DNA of 64,000 bases from Endozoicomonas sp. (GTDB lineage Bacteria > Pseudomonadota > Gammaproteobacteria > Pseudomonadales > Endozoicomonadaceae), in assembly GCA_965261315.1 (NCBI GenBank), contig CBDHDM010000044.1, positions 22,495 through 86,494 on the forward strand. The letters run 5' to 3'. Shown here piece after piece: positions 42,053 to 54,460 of this stretch (positions are counted from its first letter, which is position 1; each line of letters opens with the position of its first letter). Below the pieces are notes generated by a model. The model was given only the letters and a program-made list of their open reading frames with translations. It made no database searches and had not been told where the DNA came from. The translations under genes and the position numbers were made by a program.

Positions 42053-44308
42053 ATGACGGAGCAGATCATTATTGGCGATGACGGGGTTGAACGTCAGTCC
42101 CTGAGAGCATATACAGAGAATGCGTACCTGAATTATTCCATGTACGTTATTCTGGATCGTGCTCTGCCCCATATCGGGGATGGCCTCAAGCCTGTTCAAC
42201 GACGCATCGTTTATGCGATGAGTGAGCTTGGCCTGAAAAATACGGCCAAATTCAAGAAATCCGCACGTACCGTGGGTGATGTACTTGGTAAGTTTCATCC
42301 CCATGGTGACAGTGCCTGCTATGAAGCCATGGTTTTGATGGCACAGCCTTTTTCGTATCGTTACCCTCTGGTCGATGGCCAGGGCAACTGGGGGTCTCCA
42401 GATGATCCCAAGTCATTCGCAGCCATGCGCTATACCGAGTCTCGTCTCACTAAATACGCAGATACATTACTGGGTGAGCTCGGTCAGGGAACCGTGGACT
42501 GGGTTCCCAATTTTGACGGCACGCTTGAAGAACCTTCCATTTTGCCAGCTCGCCTGCCAAACCTTCTGTTAAATGGAACAACCGGAATTGCCGTTGGTAT
42601 GGCAACAGATGTACCACCTCACAATCTACGTGAGGTGGCGAATGCCTGTATACACTTACTGGAAAACCCAAAGGCAAATGTTGCCGAGCTTTGTGAGTAT
42701 ATTCAGGGGCCTGACTTCCCAACGGAAGCTGAACTCATTACTCCCAGGGCAGATCTGATCAAAATGTATGAGCAGGGAAGGGGATCCCTGAGAATGCGGG
42801 CGGTTTATCAACAGGACAGCGGGGATATTGTTGTTACAGCACTGCCCCACCAGGCTTCTGGCGCCAAAGTTCTCGAGCAGATTGCAGCACAGATGCAGGC
42901 TAAAAAGCTGCCAATGGTTGCAGACCTTCGCGATGAATCTGATCATGAAAATCCGACCCGACTGGTTATTGTGCCCAAGTCAAACCGGGTGAATGCCGAA
43001 AGCCTGATGAACCACCTGTTTGCCACTACTGACCTGGAAAAAACCTACCGGGTTAATATGAATATGATCGGTGTCGATGGCCGTCCTCAGGTCAAGGCTC
43101 TGGATAAAATGCTGAGCGAGTGGCTTGCCTGGCGAAGTGAGACTGTCCGTCGTCGTCTACAGCATCGACTGGATAAGGTCCTTAGCAGGCTTCATATTCT
43201 TGAAGGCTTAATGATTGCCTTTTTGAATATTGATGAAATCATCGAAATTATCAGAACCGAAGATAAGCCAAAGCCAATTCTAATGGAACGTTTTGGCCTT
43301 TCAGATATTCAGGCTGAAGCCATTCTTGACCTTAAGCTACGTCATCTTGCTAAACTTGAAGAGATGAAAATTCGTAGTGAACAGGATGAACTTGAGAGCG
43401 AGCGAAACTCACTTGAACTGATTCTTGGCTCAGAAAAACGTCTTAAGACGCTTATTAAAAAAGAAATTAAATCAGATTCTGAAAGTTTTGGCGACGATCG
43501 TCGCTCTCCTATCGTAGTTAGGGCAGAAGCTCAGGCATTATCACAAACTGATCTAATGGTGTCCGAGTCGATAACCGTAGTGCTTTCTAACAAAGGATGG
43601 GTTCGCTTTGCCAAAGGGCATGATGTTGATCCATTGACGCTTAATTACAAATCTGGCGACAACTATCGTTTATCTGCCAAAGGAAGAAGCAATCAGATAT
43701 CTGTGTTTTTAGACTCAACAGGGCGAGCCTATTCAATTCTTACCCATACCCTTCCTTCAGCAAGAGGCCAGGGAGAACCGTTAACAGGACGAGTCAGTCC
43801 TCCCTCTGGTGCAACATTTGAGGGCCTGTGTGTAGGAGATAGTAGTGACTGTTATCTGCTGGCCAGTGATGCGGGTTATGGTTTTATTGCCCAGTTTTCA
43901 GATATGGTGAGTAAGAATAAAGCGGGTAAAACCCTGTTGACACTGCCTAAAAATGCTCATGTTCTGCCTCCTATCCCGATAAACAGCAACAACCCAATGT
44001 TGGTAGCTATAACCAATGAAGGGCGGATGTTGATGTTTCCATTACAGGACCTTCCAAAACTTGGCCGCGGCAAAGGCAATAAAATTATCAATATTGCTTC
44101 AGCTCGTGCAGCTGAAAGAGCTGAGTTGATGAGCCAGCTAGCCACCATTAATGAAGGTGATGCGCTCACTCTCCATGCAGGTAAGCGGCATGTCACTTTA
44201 AAATCAGGCGATCTTGAGCACTACCGGGGAGAGAGAGGAAGAAGAGGAAACAAGCTGCCCAGAGGGTTCCAGAAAGTTGATAAAATTGAAGTCGTTTCTG
44301 CAGGTTAA
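42053..44308 (+). CDS. parC: DNA topoisomerase IV subunit A
   Basis: [41 protein letters not shown]. Confidence 0.97.
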   Translation: MTEQIIIGDDGVERQSLRAYTENAYLNYSMYVILDRALPHIGDGLKPVQRRIVYAMSELGLKNTAKFKKSARTVGDVLGKFHPHGDSACYEAMVLMAQPFSYRYPLVDGQGNWGSPDDPKSFAAMRYTESRLTKYADTLLGELGQGTVDWVPNFDGTLEEPSILPARLPNLLLNGTTGIAVGMATDVPPHNLREVANACIHLLENPKANVAELCEYIQGPDFPTEAELITPRADLIKMYEQGRGSLRMRAVYQQDSGDIVVTALPHQASGAKVLEQIAAQMQAKKLPMVADLRDESDHENPTRLVIVPKSNRVNAESLMNHLFATTDLEKTYRVNMNMIGVDGRPQVKALDKMLSEWLAWRSETVRRRLQHRLDKVLSRLHILEGLMIAFLNIDEIIEIIRTEDKPKPILMERFGLSDIQAEAILDLKLRHLAKLEEMKIRSEQDELESERNSLELILGSEKRLKTLIKKEIKSDSESFGDDRRSPIVVRAEAQALSQTDLMVSESITVVLSNKGWVRFAKGHDVDPLTLNYKSGDNYRLSAKGRSNQISVFLDSTGRAYSILTHTLPSARGQGEPLTGRVSPPSGATFEGLCVGDSSDCYLLASDAGYGFIAQFSDMVSKNKAGKTLLTLPKNAHVLPPIPINSNNPMLVAITNEGRMLMFPLQDLPKLGRGKGNKIINIASARAAERAELMSQLATINEGDALTLHAGKRHVTLKSGDLEHYRGERGRRGNKLPRGFQKVDKIEVVSAG

Positions 44309-44361
44309 CCTGCAGAATACTTTGTTTGATATGCGGTTTTATAATCCGTTTGACTGTCTTT

Positions 44362-44390
44362 TCGGATAAGCCTTTCGAGGCTTAATCCGA
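44362..44390. terminator. Hairpin between convergent parC and tetR (terminator or REP-like)
   Basis: TCGGATAAGCCT-TTCG-AGGCTTAATCCGA. Confidence 0.55.
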
Positions 44391-44444
44391 TGACGTTCTC
44401 CCCCCTGAACAATATAAATCAATATAATATAACGATCTTTGTAT

Positions 44445-45113
44445 TTAGCTATTTATTCCACAACCACCCAGAATCATTTGACAGATACTTTCTGTATATG
44501 CCTCTACATCTTCAGACTCGAGCTCTTCCTTCCCCAAAACAGAAGCAACCTGAGGCCCATAATCAACGTAGTACTGAGTGGTTGCCCAAATAGTAAATAA
44601 AAGGTGGATAGGATCCACCGGTTTCATTTTTCCTTGTTCAATCCAGCCTCTGATCACCCCGGACTTTTGCTGAATCCAGTCATTAAATGGCTGTAAGTGA
44701 TCTTTTATATGCTGGCCACCATGCAGTATCTCACTACTGAAAATACGCGAAGCATTGGAGTGCGCCAGAACATATTTCATTTTTGCCCTGATGAACTGTC
44801 TTAATGCAGTCGCAGGATCATCATCCGGGTTAAGGCCACTGAAAACAGATTGCCATAACTCCATAATGTGATTGAGAACAGCTCCGTACAGTTCTACTTT
44901 ACTGTTGAAGTAATAGTGTACATTCGCTTTAGGTAAGCCCGCTCTATGGGCAATATCACGAATGGATGCCCCCTTGAAGCCACTGGCCACAAACTCATCT
45001 TCTGCAGCTTGAAGAATAATTTGAATGTTTTTCTGCCGGACCCGACTATTTTTCAATCCTGCCTGATCTGTTTTTGAGGGTGATGGTTGCATACTGAATA
45101 CCGTACCTTGCAT
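44445..45113 (-). CDS. TetR-family regulator (RutR-like)
   Basis: ILQAAEDEF..GFKGAS..IAHRAGLPKANVHYYF; IWATTQYY. Confidence 0.9.
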   Translation of the reverse strand: MQGTVFSMQPSPSKTDQAGLKNSRVRQKNIQIILQAAEDEFVASGFKGASIRDIAHRAGLPKANVHYYFNSKVELYGAVLNHIMELWQSVFSGLNPDDDPATALRQFIRAKMKYVLAHSNASRIFSSEILHGGQHIKDHLQPFNDWIQQKSGVIRGWIEQGKMKPVDPIHLLFTIWATTQYYVDYGPQVASVLGKEELESEDVEAYTESICQMILGGCGINS

Positions 45114-45162
45114 TGATTATACTCGATTTGAATATAGACAAGGGACGGGCTTTTTCCATGGC

Positions 45163-45212
45163 TTGATAAAATACGACAGAATTCAAATATAAATTACTGT
45201 CGTATTTATCAA
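45163..45212. promoter_or_regulatory. Inverted repeat upstream of tetR (operator or terminator)
   Basis: TTGATAAAATACGACAG...CTGTCGTATTTATCAA. Confidence 0.4.
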
Positions 45213-45253
45213 ATATCAGGCTGGTTACAGCCTCTCTTTGTAATCAAGAGTTA

Positions 45254-46003
45254 TCAAGATCTTGGTGCATATTCAAAGACATCAGAGTGGATATGCTCTG
45301 CTTTAAATCCTTGCTCAACCAGTGCATCAAAAGTTGCATAAACCATTTGTGGGGATCCACTGATAAAAATCTCACTATCAGTAAAAAAATCTTTGTCGTC
45401 TATTACAGCCTCAAACAAAAGCCCCTGACGCCCCCTCCAGCCATCTTTTTCAAGAGCATCACTCACTATTGGGTGATAGTGAAAGTGTGGAGAAGACCAG
45501 TGAACCGGAAGGTTGGGCATATAAAAGCCTTCTGGATCGCGCGCACCCCAGTAAAAGTAAATATCTCTACTCCCTGGTTGAGCCAGAGAGAACTCGATCA
45601 TACTTTTCATTTGTGCAAAGCCGGTTCCAGCAGCAATAAACACGAGTTGTTTATCTGAAGCAGCCTCTACGCTCTCTGGTAAAAAGGGGCAAAAGCAACG
45701 ACCTTTTGGCATCCTTACCGAAACCCAGCCTCTCTCAAGTTCATTAAAAAGCTTAATGGAGTTAGCCCTGTCAGGCAGTTTTTGGATGTGTAGCTCCAAC
45801 TCCTTCTGCTCAGGCAACGGCTGACTGGCAATGGAAAAGGCACAGGCCTGACCATCAGCCAGCAGTATCTCAAGGTATTGCCCTGCCTTATAATCAGGCA
45901 TATATCCCTGCTGACACTGCAAGATAACCCGATACACATCTTCTGAAAGCAACTGAAGATCTGAAACCTGAAAAGACTGCGTAGTAACCTGGTTGATCTG
46001 CAC
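45254..46003 (-). CDS. fre: NAD(P)H-flavin reductase
   Basis: YKAGQYL, FSIAS, IAAGTGFA, ISGSPQMV; follows ubiD; GTG start with GAGG RBS. Confidence 0.85.
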   Translation of the reverse strand: MQINQVTTQSFQVSDLQLLSEDVYRVILQCQQGYMPDYKAGQYLEILLADGQACAFSIASQPLPEQKELELHIQKLPDRANSIKLFNELERGWVSVRMPKGRCFCPFLPESVEAASDKQLVFIAAGTGFAQMKSMIEFSLAQPGSRDIYFYWGARDPEGFYMPNLPVHWSSPHFHYHPIVSDALEKDGWRGRQGLLFEAVIDDKDFFTDSEIFISGSPQMVYATFDALVEQGFKAEHIHSDVFEYAPRS

Positions 46004-46095
46004 GAATATCGCTACCTCTAAAAACTCGAATCGCTTGTAACCACTAAGATTCTGCAAAGATCACAGAGTCATATAATGACTAATCATAAATATGC

Positions 46096-47568
46096 TCAAT
46101 CATTATCTATACCCAGCTGGCTCCAGATCTCATCAACTCGCTCCTTGACAGTATCTGTCATTGAGATTGCCGCTCCCCATTCCCGGGTTGTTTCACCCTC
46201 CCATTTGTTGGTGGCATCAAACCCGACTTTTGATCCAAGACCAGCGACGGGTGACGCAAAGTCCAGATAGTCAATGGGGGTATTCTCAATGAAGACAGAG
46301 TCTCTCTTCGGGTCCATACGAGTCGTCATGGCCCATATCACATCATTCCAGTCTCTGGCGTTCACATCATCATCAGTGACTATCACAAATTTTGTATACA
46401 TGAACTGACGCAGGAATGACCAGACCCCTAACATAACGCGCTTGGCATGCCCAGGGTACTCTTTACGCATGGTAACGACAGCCAGTCGATAAGAGCAACC
46501 CTCCGGAGGCAGATAAAAATCAACGATTTCCGGAAACTGCTTTTTGAGAATAGGGACAAAGATTTCGTTAAAAGCCAACCCCAGTATTGCAGGTTCATCG
46601 GGCGGTCGCCCTGTATAGGTGCTGTGGTAAATGGGATTGCGTCGATGAGTCACACACTCCACCGTAAATACAGGAAATGACTCAACCTCATTGTAATAGC
46701 CGGTATGATCACCATAGGGGCCTTCATCAGCCATTTCCCCAGGATATATAAAGCCCTCGAGTACAATCTCAGCACTGGCAGGTACCTGCAAATCGTTAAT
46801 GCGGCTTTTAATCAGCTCTGTTTTACTACCCCTCAGCAAGCCGGCAAACGCGTATTCTGATAAAGAGTCAGGAATAGGTGTGACAGCACCAAGAATGGTT
46901 GCTGGATCGGCTCCCAGGGCAACTGACACCGGAAAAGGGGTATCAGGATATTTCTTCTGCCAGTCTCTGAAATCAAGGGCACCCCCCCGGTGAGACAGCC
47001 AACGCATAATCAACTTATTCTTCCCGAGAAGTTGCTGACGATAAATCCCAAGATTTTGGCGTTCCTTTTCCGGCCCTTGAGTAATAACCAGTGGCCAGGT
47101 TATTAATGGAGCAGCATCCCCTGGCCAGCAGGTTTGTATGGGTAGCCTGGTCAAGTCGATTTCATCACCTTGAAGGATCACCTCCTGACAAGGCGCAGAC
47201 TTAACCACTTTGGGTCCCATATTCAATACCTGCCTGAACAGTGGCAGCTTTTCAATCGCGTCCCTGAGTCCCTTGGGGGGATCTGGCTCTTTCAGATAGG
47301 CTAATAGCTCACCGACCTCTCTAAGGGCACTGATATCCGTCTGCCCCATACCCATGGCAACACGCTTCTGGGTACCAAACAGATTCCCCAGAACGGGTAT
47401 GTCATAGCCTTTCGGATTCTCAAACAACAGAGCAGGACCACCTTTTTTTAAGGTTCGATCACAAATCTCTGTCATTTCCAGAACTGGATCAACTTCAGCC
47501 TTAATTCGCTTGAGTTCACCCTGTTTTTCCAGCTGGTCAATGAAATCCCGGAGATCCTTATATTTCAT
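46096..47568 (-). CDS. ubiD: 4-hydroxy-3-polyprenylbenzoate decarboxylase
   Basis: [27 protein letters not shown]. Confidence 0.97.
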   Translation of the reverse strand: MKYKDLRDFIDQLEKQGELKRIKAEVDPVLEMTEICDRTLKKGGPALLFENPKGYDIPVLGNLFGTQKRVAMGMGQTDISALREVGELLAYLKEPDPPKGLRDAIEKLPLFRQVLNMGPKVVKSAPCQEVILQGDEIDLTRLPIQTCWPGDAAPLITWPLVITQGPEKERQNLGIYRQQLLGKNKLIMRWLSHRGGALDFRDWQKKYPDTPFPVSVALGADPATILGAVTPIPDSLSEYAFAGLLRGSKTELIKSRINDLQVPASAEIVLEGFIYPGEMADEGPYGDHTGYYNEVESFPVFTVECVTHRRNPIYHSTYTGRPPDEPAILGLAFNEIFVPILKKQFPEIVDFYLPPEGCSYRLAVVTMRKEYPGHAKRVMLGVWSFLRQFMYTKFVIVTDDDVNARDWNDVIWAMTTRMDPKRDSVFIENTPIDYLDFASPVAGLGSKVGFDATNKWEGETTREWGAAISMTDTVKERVDEIWSQLGIDND

Positions 47569-47773
47569 GGGTATTTCTTCTTTAGGTCTGGGCAGTTTTT
47601 ACTCTGGACGATGAAAAACTACTGCTGTTGGGATGGGCAATAAAAGTGTTGGTGATTGTTATTTATTATATAGAAATGGGTTTGCAGGGAGCATAAAGTC
47701 TATCTCCCTGCATAAAGACTGTGATGACGCAAATACATACACATCTCACAGTCTTCATCATACAAATACAGAA

Positions 47774-49033
47774 TTACTTCCGCTTCATGGACTGGAAGAA
47801 TTCATTATTTGTTTTGGTGTGCTTCATTCGGTCGAGCAAGAACTCAATAGCCTGAATTTCATCCATTGGGTGCAGAATCTTACGCAGAATCCACATACGC
47901 TGGAGTTCTTCTTCTGTCGTCAGCAGATCTTCCCGACGGGTACCTGATCTGTTGATGGCAATAGCAGGGAATACGCGCTTTTCAGAAGCTTTTCGGTCTA
48001 GATGAAGTTCCATATTACCGGTACCTTTGAACTCTTCAAAGATAACCTCATCCATCTTGGAGCCAGTATCGACCAGAGCAGTTGCCAGAATGGTCAGGCT
48101 ACCACCCTCTTCGATATTACGGGCCGCACCAAAGAAGCGCTTAGGGCGCTCAAGAGCATGAGCATCGACACCACCGGTCAAGACCTTTCCTGAGGAAGGA
48201 ATAACCGTGTTGTATGCACGAGCAAGACGAGTGATGGAATCGAGCAGAATCACTACATCTTTTTTGTGCTCAACCAGTCTTTTGGCCTTTTCCAATACCA
48301 TTTCGGCAACCTGAACGTGCCGGGAAGGAGGCTCATCAAAAGTCGATGCGACCACTTCACCATGGACAGAACGGGACATTTCCGTTACTTCTTCCGGACG
48401 TTCGTCAATCAACAATACAATGAGGTGGCATTCCGGGTTATTCCGAGCGATGTTGGCAGCAATATTCTGCAACATCAACGTCTTACCCGCTTTTGGCGGA
48501 GATACGATCAGACCACGCTGACCTTTCCCGATAGGCGCCACCAGATCAATGATTCGAGCCGTTAAATCCTCTGTTGCACCTGTTCCCCTCTCCATAGTGA
48601 GACGTTTCTGAGGAAATAAAGGCGTCAGGTTTTCAAAAAGGATTTTATTGCGGGCATTTTCTGGCTGGTCAAAATTGATTTCATTCACCTTCAGAAGGGC
48701 AAAATATCTCTCTCCTTCTTTTGGCGGCCGGATTTTTCCGGAAATCGTATCACCCGTTCTCAGGTTAAATCGGCGAATTTGGCTCGGAGAAACATAAATG
48801 TCATCAGGTCCTGCCAGATAAGAGCTATCTGCAGAACGGAGAAAACCAAAGCCATCCTGGAGAATTTCCAGAACACCATCACCATAAATATCTTCACCAC
48901 TACGCGCATGGCGCTTGAGAATGGTGAAAATGACATCCTGCTTCCTGGAGCGGGCAAGGTTTTCGAGACCCATTTCATTCGCTATCGCCAGAAGTTCAGG
49001 AACAGACTTTTTCTTCAGTTCGGTAAGATGCAT
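47774..49033 (-). CDS. rho: Transcription termination factor Rho
   Basis: [25 protein letters not shown]. Confidence 0.99.
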   Translation of the reverse strand: MHLTELKKKSVPELLAIANEMGLENLARSRKQDVIFTILKRHARSGEDIYGDGVLEILQDGFGFLRSADSSYLAGPDDIYVSPSQIRRFNLRTGDTISGKIRPPKEGERYFALLKVNEINFDQPENARNKILFENLTPLFPQKRLTMERGTGATEDLTARIIDLVAPIGKGQRGLIVSPPKAGKTLMLQNIAANIARNNPECHLIVLLIDERPEEVTEMSRSVHGEVVASTFDEPPSRHVQVAEMVLEKAKRLVEHKKDVVILLDSITRLARAYNTVIPSSGKVLTGGVDAHALERPKRFFGAARNIEEGGSLTILATALVDTGSKMDEVIFEEFKGTGNMELHLDRKASEKRVFPAIAINRSGTRREDLLTTEEELQRMWILRKILHPMDEIQAIEFLLDRMKHTKTNNEFFQSMKRK

Positions 49034-49378
49034 AACCAGTAGTTTGCGAATGTTAAATTGAAAGGTAAGAGGCCGTTGTCTTTGCAGGAAGATCAGAAAG
49101 TTTTTGGCTTATTATGATAAAGGACAACTATGTGTTGATTGATGCCTGCGAGTGTTTATAACGGCAGCCCTGTCTGGGCCTTATCCCTGATTGGTCAGTA
49201 GATTCCTGACAGCCCTGTGAAATTACAGTCTATATCCTTTTCTGGAAAATAATCAAGAATAAAGGGTTCGTCAACTGAATTGATTTAAAAATTTAATCAA
49301 CTCTCGACATATAAAGTCATCAAAAAGGATCAGATGGGTGGCCGCTGCACAAGTCATAACCACCCGAACTGACAGAAA

Positions 49379-49702
49379 TTACAAATTACTGTCCAGGAAA
49401 GCCGTCAGCTGTGATTTGGACAGTGCGCCTACCTTGGTAGCCTCAACGTTCCCACTCTTAAATAGCATTAGCGTTGGAATACCACGCACACCATATTTCG
49501 GCGGAGTTGCTTCATTTTCATCGATATTCAGCTTACAAACGGTAAGCTTTCCTTCGTAATCCTGAGCAATTTCATCAAGAACCGGTGCAATCATTTTGCA
49601 AGGACCACACCATTCTGCCCAATAGTCAACCAGCACCGGACCTTCCGCCTTCAGAACCACTTCTTCGAAGGAGTCATCTGTCACTTTGACAATTTCGCTC
49701 AT
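49379..49702 (-). CDS. trxA: Thioredoxin
   Basis: WAEWCGPCK; upstream of rho. Confidence 0.98.
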   Translation of the reverse strand: MSEIVKVTDDSFEEVVLKAEGPVLVDYWAEWCGPCKMIAPVLDEIAQDYEGKLTVCKLNIDENEATPPKYGVRGIPTLMLFKSGNVEATKVGALSKSQLTAFLDSNL

Positions 49703-50112
49703 GGAATGGATCTCCTAACCATGGTACCTAGAGAGTACTTATAAAGTATTTAAAGTCTAATCGGGAGCCTTAACCATGGGCACACCAAACTGGCTGCCTG
49801 AGGGTATCACCGGCCCAGAACTGATTTATTATGCCTGATTCATGGAATTTTGTGGCTTTTTTTTCTATAAAAATGCCATTAAACAAATCAGCACTGAAAG
49901 ATTACCGTGCTGCACAGGGCAATTTTCAAGCATTTATGCCGCTTTGTGTTAGACAGCACAATCAATAAGATTTGTGCGAATAATTCTATTAAAGTTAACA
50001 TTTCAACATCTGTTATGCTCCGGTCTGCAACTCAGTATTGCTATTCTGACAGAGCGAGGGGCTGGCAACGCTGAAAAACATAATATTTTCAATCTACTAA
50101 CTATGAAATATC

Positions 50113-51621
50113 ATGACACAACAAGGGCGTGAACAGTCCAGCAGCCTGCCACTGGTAGCAGCCATAGACCTCGGCTCAAACAGCTTTCACATGATCGTTG
50201 CCAGGGTCGATCAAGGTGAAATAAGACCTGTAGAAAGGCTGGGCAAGAAAGTTCAGCTGGCAGCGGGCCTTAATCGACATGATGAACTCACAGCTGAGGC
50301 CATGAAGCGCGGCTTCAGCTGCCTCGAACAGTTTGCACAATATCTGTCTGGCAAAACCTTTCAGGCCGTCAGGGTCGTAGGTACCAATGCGCTGCGAAAA
50401 GCCCACAACAGCGAACTTTTTGTTGAAAAAGCTCAGTCTATTTTAGGCTGTCCCATTGAAATAATTGCGGGAAGAGAGGAAGCCCGTCTGATTTATCTGG
50501 GGGTAGCCCAAACTCAATCAGATGATAATGAACGCCGACTGGTTATGGATATTGGCGGTGGAAGCACTGAGTTTGTTATCGGAGAACGCTTCGAACCCAA
50601 GCTTATGGAAAGCCTTCACATGGGCTGTGTGGTATTTACCGATCGTTTCTTTGGTACTGGCGAGTTAACTGTACAACGATTCCAATCCGCTTATTATGCA
50701 GCACGACTTGAATTATTAAATATCGAACAATCATTTACCCGGTTGGGTTGGGTTGATGCCGTAGGGTCATCCGGGTCCATTCGTGCTGTCAGCAGTATTC
50801 TTCAAGCAATGGGTGAAAGTGAGACTATCACCCGGGATAGCCTGGAGATGCTTAAGCACAAGGTACTTAAATTTAACCAAATCAGTCGTGTGCGCTTTCC
50901 GGGGTTAAAACCTGACCGTCAGGCAATTTTTCCGGCTGGTCTTGCTATCCTGATAGCCGGTTTTGATGCCCTTGGTATAGAACGTATGCATTACTCCGAA
51001 GGGGCTCTCAGGGAAGGTGTTTTACATGACATGCTTGGTCGTGATCGTCATGAAGACGTACGTGAGCGAACAATAAATGCTCTGATGAGCCGCTATCATG
51101 TTGATGAGCAACTGGCCTTTCGAGTCATGACGCATGCTCAAGACTGTTTTTCGATGGTTGCTGATATTTGGCAACTAGGCGGAGAAGATCTTGAGCTACT
51201 TTCCTGGGCAGCCAGAGTGTGCCAGATAGGGCTGGATATCTCTCACACACAATACCACCGTCACGGAGCTTATCTGATCGATAACTCTGACCTGATGGGC
51301 TTCAGTAAGAGAGAACAGCAGCAGCTGGCTCAACTCGTCAGAGGGCATAGGCGTTCAATATCCAAGTCATCACTGTCTGGATGGCCAAAGGAGATATCCC
51401 GCAGGTTAATGCACCTGATCATACTGCTCAGAATTGCCAACGTACTTAGTCATGGACATTATGACGATGCCTTGCCGGAGTATTCAATGAGTGTATCCAG
51501 GTCAATCATATCTCTGTTTTTTCCTGATGGATGGATAAGTCAGCACCCTCTGACTGCAGCGAACCTTGAATCAGAACGCAGCTATCTGGCGAAAGTTGGT
51601 TTCAAATTAGTGGTAGCTTAG
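50113..51621 (+). CDS. ppx: Exopolyphosphatase
   Basis: AIDLGSNSFH, GREEARLIY, DIGGGSTE, ALREG. Confidence 0.93.
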   Translation: MTQQGREQSSSLPLVAAIDLGSNSFHMIVARVDQGEIRPVERLGKKVQLAAGLNRHDELTAEAMKRGFSCLEQFAQYLSGKTFQAVRVVGTNALRKAHNSELFVEKAQSILGCPIEIIAGREEARLIYLGVAQTQSDDNERRLVMDIGGGSTEFVIGERFEPKLMESLHMGCVVFTDRFFGTGELTVQRFQSAYYAARLELLNIEQSFTRLGWVDAVGSSGSIRAVSSILQAMGESETITRDSLEMLKHKVLKFNQISRVRFPGLKPDRQAIFPAGLAILIAGFDALGIERMHYSEGALREGVLHDMLGRDRHEDVRERTINALMSRYHVDEQLAFRVMTHAQDCFSMVADIWQLGGEDLELLSWAARVCQIGLDISHTQYHRHGAYLIDNSDLMGFSKREQQQLAQLVRGHRRSISKSSLSGWPKEISRRLMHLIILLRIANVLSHGHYDDALPEYSMSVSRSIISLFFPDGWISQHPLTAANLESERSYLAKVGFKLVVA

Positions 51622-51658
51622 GCTCTCAATATCAATTGCACCTTTGATATAAGGACGT

Positions 51659-53581
51659 TCAAGCCTTGTCAGGCTTGGTCCGCGAATCAAAGTTAAGATC
51701 AATTTCTCGATATTCCTCACGATCCCGAGTCAACATAATCACTGCACCATCAATAAGGTTGGTGCAGGCATCGTGTACATGAGCACTGTCATTCATCAGA
51801 GAGCTTGCCATAAATGAGTCAACCTGATTAGAACGAATAAGCTCGTTGAGCTTCTTATTCATCTGCTCATCCTGCTCTCTGAGCTCTTGTTTTAATTGTT
51901 CAGCATGTTGTCGGATATGATCATAATTTCGTCGAACTCCCAGCAAATCAACAAGCTTCAACACTGAGGCAAGACAGAGTCTCAGCTGATTATACTGATG
52001 ACGTATTTGCTCATTGTCAGAATGAAGGTACTGCCCCATATTCTTATAGATATTCTTGACATGCTTGATTGCCTGAACAAAGTCTCGACAGGCGACTTTA
52101 AGTGCAAACAGCTCTTGAACCTGTTGTCTTGGCAGGTTTCCCTCAATTGCACCTGAGTAATGAATAATGTCTGCATATACACCTTTGATATGTCTGATAT
52201 AAAGTTCCTTGATAGACCAGGGTTGTTCATCACGAACCCAGTTATTAACCAACTCTGTCAGATTATCCGTTTCCCTGAGCTTGTCTCCGGTGAGATAAAT
52301 TCCATAACAGATCAATTCAAGTGTATTCCGATATAAGTGGTCACACTCTCTGGTCAGTGCCCGTAACGCAGCATCCGGATAGCTCAATGCAGCAGGCGTT
52401 AAGTATCTGGCTCGATGAATTTCCGGGCTATCTTCATTGGCAAGGTTCAGGTATGACTGTTTCGAAGGGTCTGCAAACAGCGTTTCCAGCCAGCGAATTA
52501 GCAAGTTGATAAAAGGTAGCTGTACTAAAATACCCAGGACGTTAAAAATACTATGAAACAAGGCAAGCTTCAGAGTGTAGTCATCAACTTCGATCTGCAT
52601 AAATCTGGCAATAAAATCAACCAGCATCTTCAACTGAGGTAACAGTAGAATGGCCAGTGTTGCGGTCACCACATTAAAGGCAATATGAGCCGCCGCTAGC
52701 CGCTTGCCCGCTGCATTCGCACCAATAGCCCCGAGAACGGCTGTTATGGTTGTCCCCATGTTTGAGCCAATAGCCAACGCCAACGCATTATCATAAGTCA
52801 ATTGTCCCGTCGCCAGAGCCGAGAAGGTAAGAACCATCGTAGCATTGGTTGACTGCATGATAATGGTCGCCAGAATGCCAAAAAGCGTATACACAAGAAC
52901 GCCCTGCACCCCTTCCATAGAAAAGTTACTGAAGTCGATTACATTCTGGAAAGCCTCAAAACCCTCCTTCATGTAATGAATACCAAGAAAGAGAAATCCA
53001 ATCCCAAGGAGTATGTAGCCAAGACCACTGAAGTTTTTCTCTTGCTGAGTCCTTAAAATCAAACCGAAAACTAACAGTGGCATGGCATAGGAAATCAGTT
53101 TCAATTTCATACCATATAAGGCAACCAGCCATGCGCCTACAGTGCTGCCAAGGTTTGCCCCAAAAATGATTCCAACCCCTGCGGTAAGGCCAATCAGACC
53201 TGCACTGAGAAAAGAGATCACAATGACAGAAACCAACGAACTGGACTGCAAAACAGCCGTAGTCGTGATACCAAATGTCAGGCTTTTCCAAAGACTATCA
53301 GTGGTTTTCTGCAGAAGGGCTTCCAGAAACCCCCCGGTAAAAACCTTAAACCCCTTTTCAAGGTAAACCATACCAAGGAGAAAAATGACTACGCCAGCAG
53401 TGATCACCTGGAACTCTGAGCTGATCCAAAAGCCATAAGTCAGCAACAAAAGCACTGTTGGTAAAAAAAAGCGTCCAAGCATATTAGCCACTAAGGTGCC
53501 TTGATTGCTGACCGATAATACCCATTCCAAACAGCCATGAGCTGAAAATGCAGGGCTATAGCTTTTGCTATCGGCTGACAA
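51659..53581 (-). CDS. Na+/Pi cotransporter family protein
   Basis: QSSS...GANLGST and GSNMGTTITA repeats; PhoU-like C-terminus. Confidence 0.9.
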   Translation of the reverse strand: MSADSKSYSPAFSAHGCLEWVLSVSNQGTLVANMLGRFFLPTVLLLLTYGFWISSEFQVITAGVVIFLLGMVYLEKGFKVFTGGFLEALLQKTTDSLWKSLTFGITTTAVLQSSSLVSVIVISFLSAGLIGLTAGVGIIFGANLGSTVGAWLVALYGMKLKLISYAMPLLVFGLILRTQQEKNFSGLGYILLGIGFLFLGIHYMKEGFEAFQNVIDFSNFSMEGVQGVLVYTLFGILATIIMQSTNATMVLTFSALATGQLTYDNALALAIGSNMGTTITAVLGAIGANAAGKRLAAAHIAFNVVTATLAILLLPQLKMLVDFIARFMQIEVDDYTLKLALFHSIFNVLGILVQLPFINLLIRWLETLFADPSKQSYLNLANEDSPEIHRARYLTPAALSYPDAALRALTRECDHLYRNTLELICYGIYLTGDKLRETDNLTELVNNWVRDEQPWSIKELYIRHIKGVYADIIHYSGAIEGNLPRQQVQELFALKVACRDFVQAIKHVKNIYKNMGQYLHSDNEQIRHQYNQLRLCLASVLKLVDLLGVRRNYDHIRQHAEQLKQELREQDEQMNKKLNELIRSNQVDSFMASSLMNDSAHVHDACTNLIDGAVIMLTRDREEYREIDLNFDSRTKPDKA

Positions 53582-53972
53582 TCAGGTTCCCTCCAATGCA
53601 AGCTAATCTAAAATTAACGATCAGAAAAACAGATAAAAAATGATGCAATATAAATTGAACAAAGAGCATTCTTCAGCCAGACATATATAAAGTGCATGAA
53701 TAAAATGAAGCACTAAAATATGACTGTGTTTTAAGATATCTAAATTCACCAATTCCTTGCCAATTAAACAAAATACATTATTTTTATTCTTATTGAAGGA
53801 GTAACGAGCAGTAGCATCCTGGATATGCCCTATATTCCTGCACCTGCAACAGGTAGTCGTTCCAATCTGCATAACAGGTATCTGCCTGCTACTGATTTAA
53901 TGTCATGTATCGTGTTGTTACATCATTGCGAAACTCAGACAGTCAAAGGTTGCCGTAGCCCGAGGGTATACA

Positions 53973-54395
53973 ATGAAATTACTGGATGAATTACATCATC
54001 GACTGGGTAGTAAATCCCGCATTCGCTCTCTATTCAAGGATGTCAGTGTACAGGATCTCGAAAAGATGCTGGACCGCCTTAAGGAAGTTCATCAGGAAAA
54101 ATTACAATCCCGGGTTAAAGAGGATGCGAAGCGACAAAAAAAAATGACCAATATTGCCGCCATTCAGAAAGAAATGGCCGATCTTGGCATCACACTTTCT
54201 GATCTTGACAGCATTAACGACTCAGGCAAAAGCAGTAAACGTCGACGAACTGTCGCCAAACATACCTTTCAATATAAAAATGCAGCGGGACAAACTGTAC
54301 TTTGGGAAGGCTCAACAACGGGCAGGCTGCCAAAAGATTTCCAGGAGTATCTGGAAAAAACACAGAAAAAGCGAGCTGAGTGTATAATGAAGTAA
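53973..54395 (+). CDS. H-NS family nucleoid protein
   Basis: N-terminal coiled coil; C-terminal FQY....LWEGSTTGRLP variant of TWTGQGRxP. Confidence 0.8.
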   Translation: MKLLDELHHRLGSKSRIRSLFKDVSVQDLEKMLDRLKEVHQEKLQSRVKEDAKRQKKMTNIAAIQKEMADLGITLSDLDSINDSGKSSKRRRTVAKHTFQYKNAAGQTVLWEGSTTGRLPKDFQEYLEKTQKKRAECIMK

Positions 54396-54460
54396 AATAC
54401 TAAAGACATCCTGTCTCTCTATTTTCAAAGGAACAACTTATCCTGTACCGCCTCTACTAC

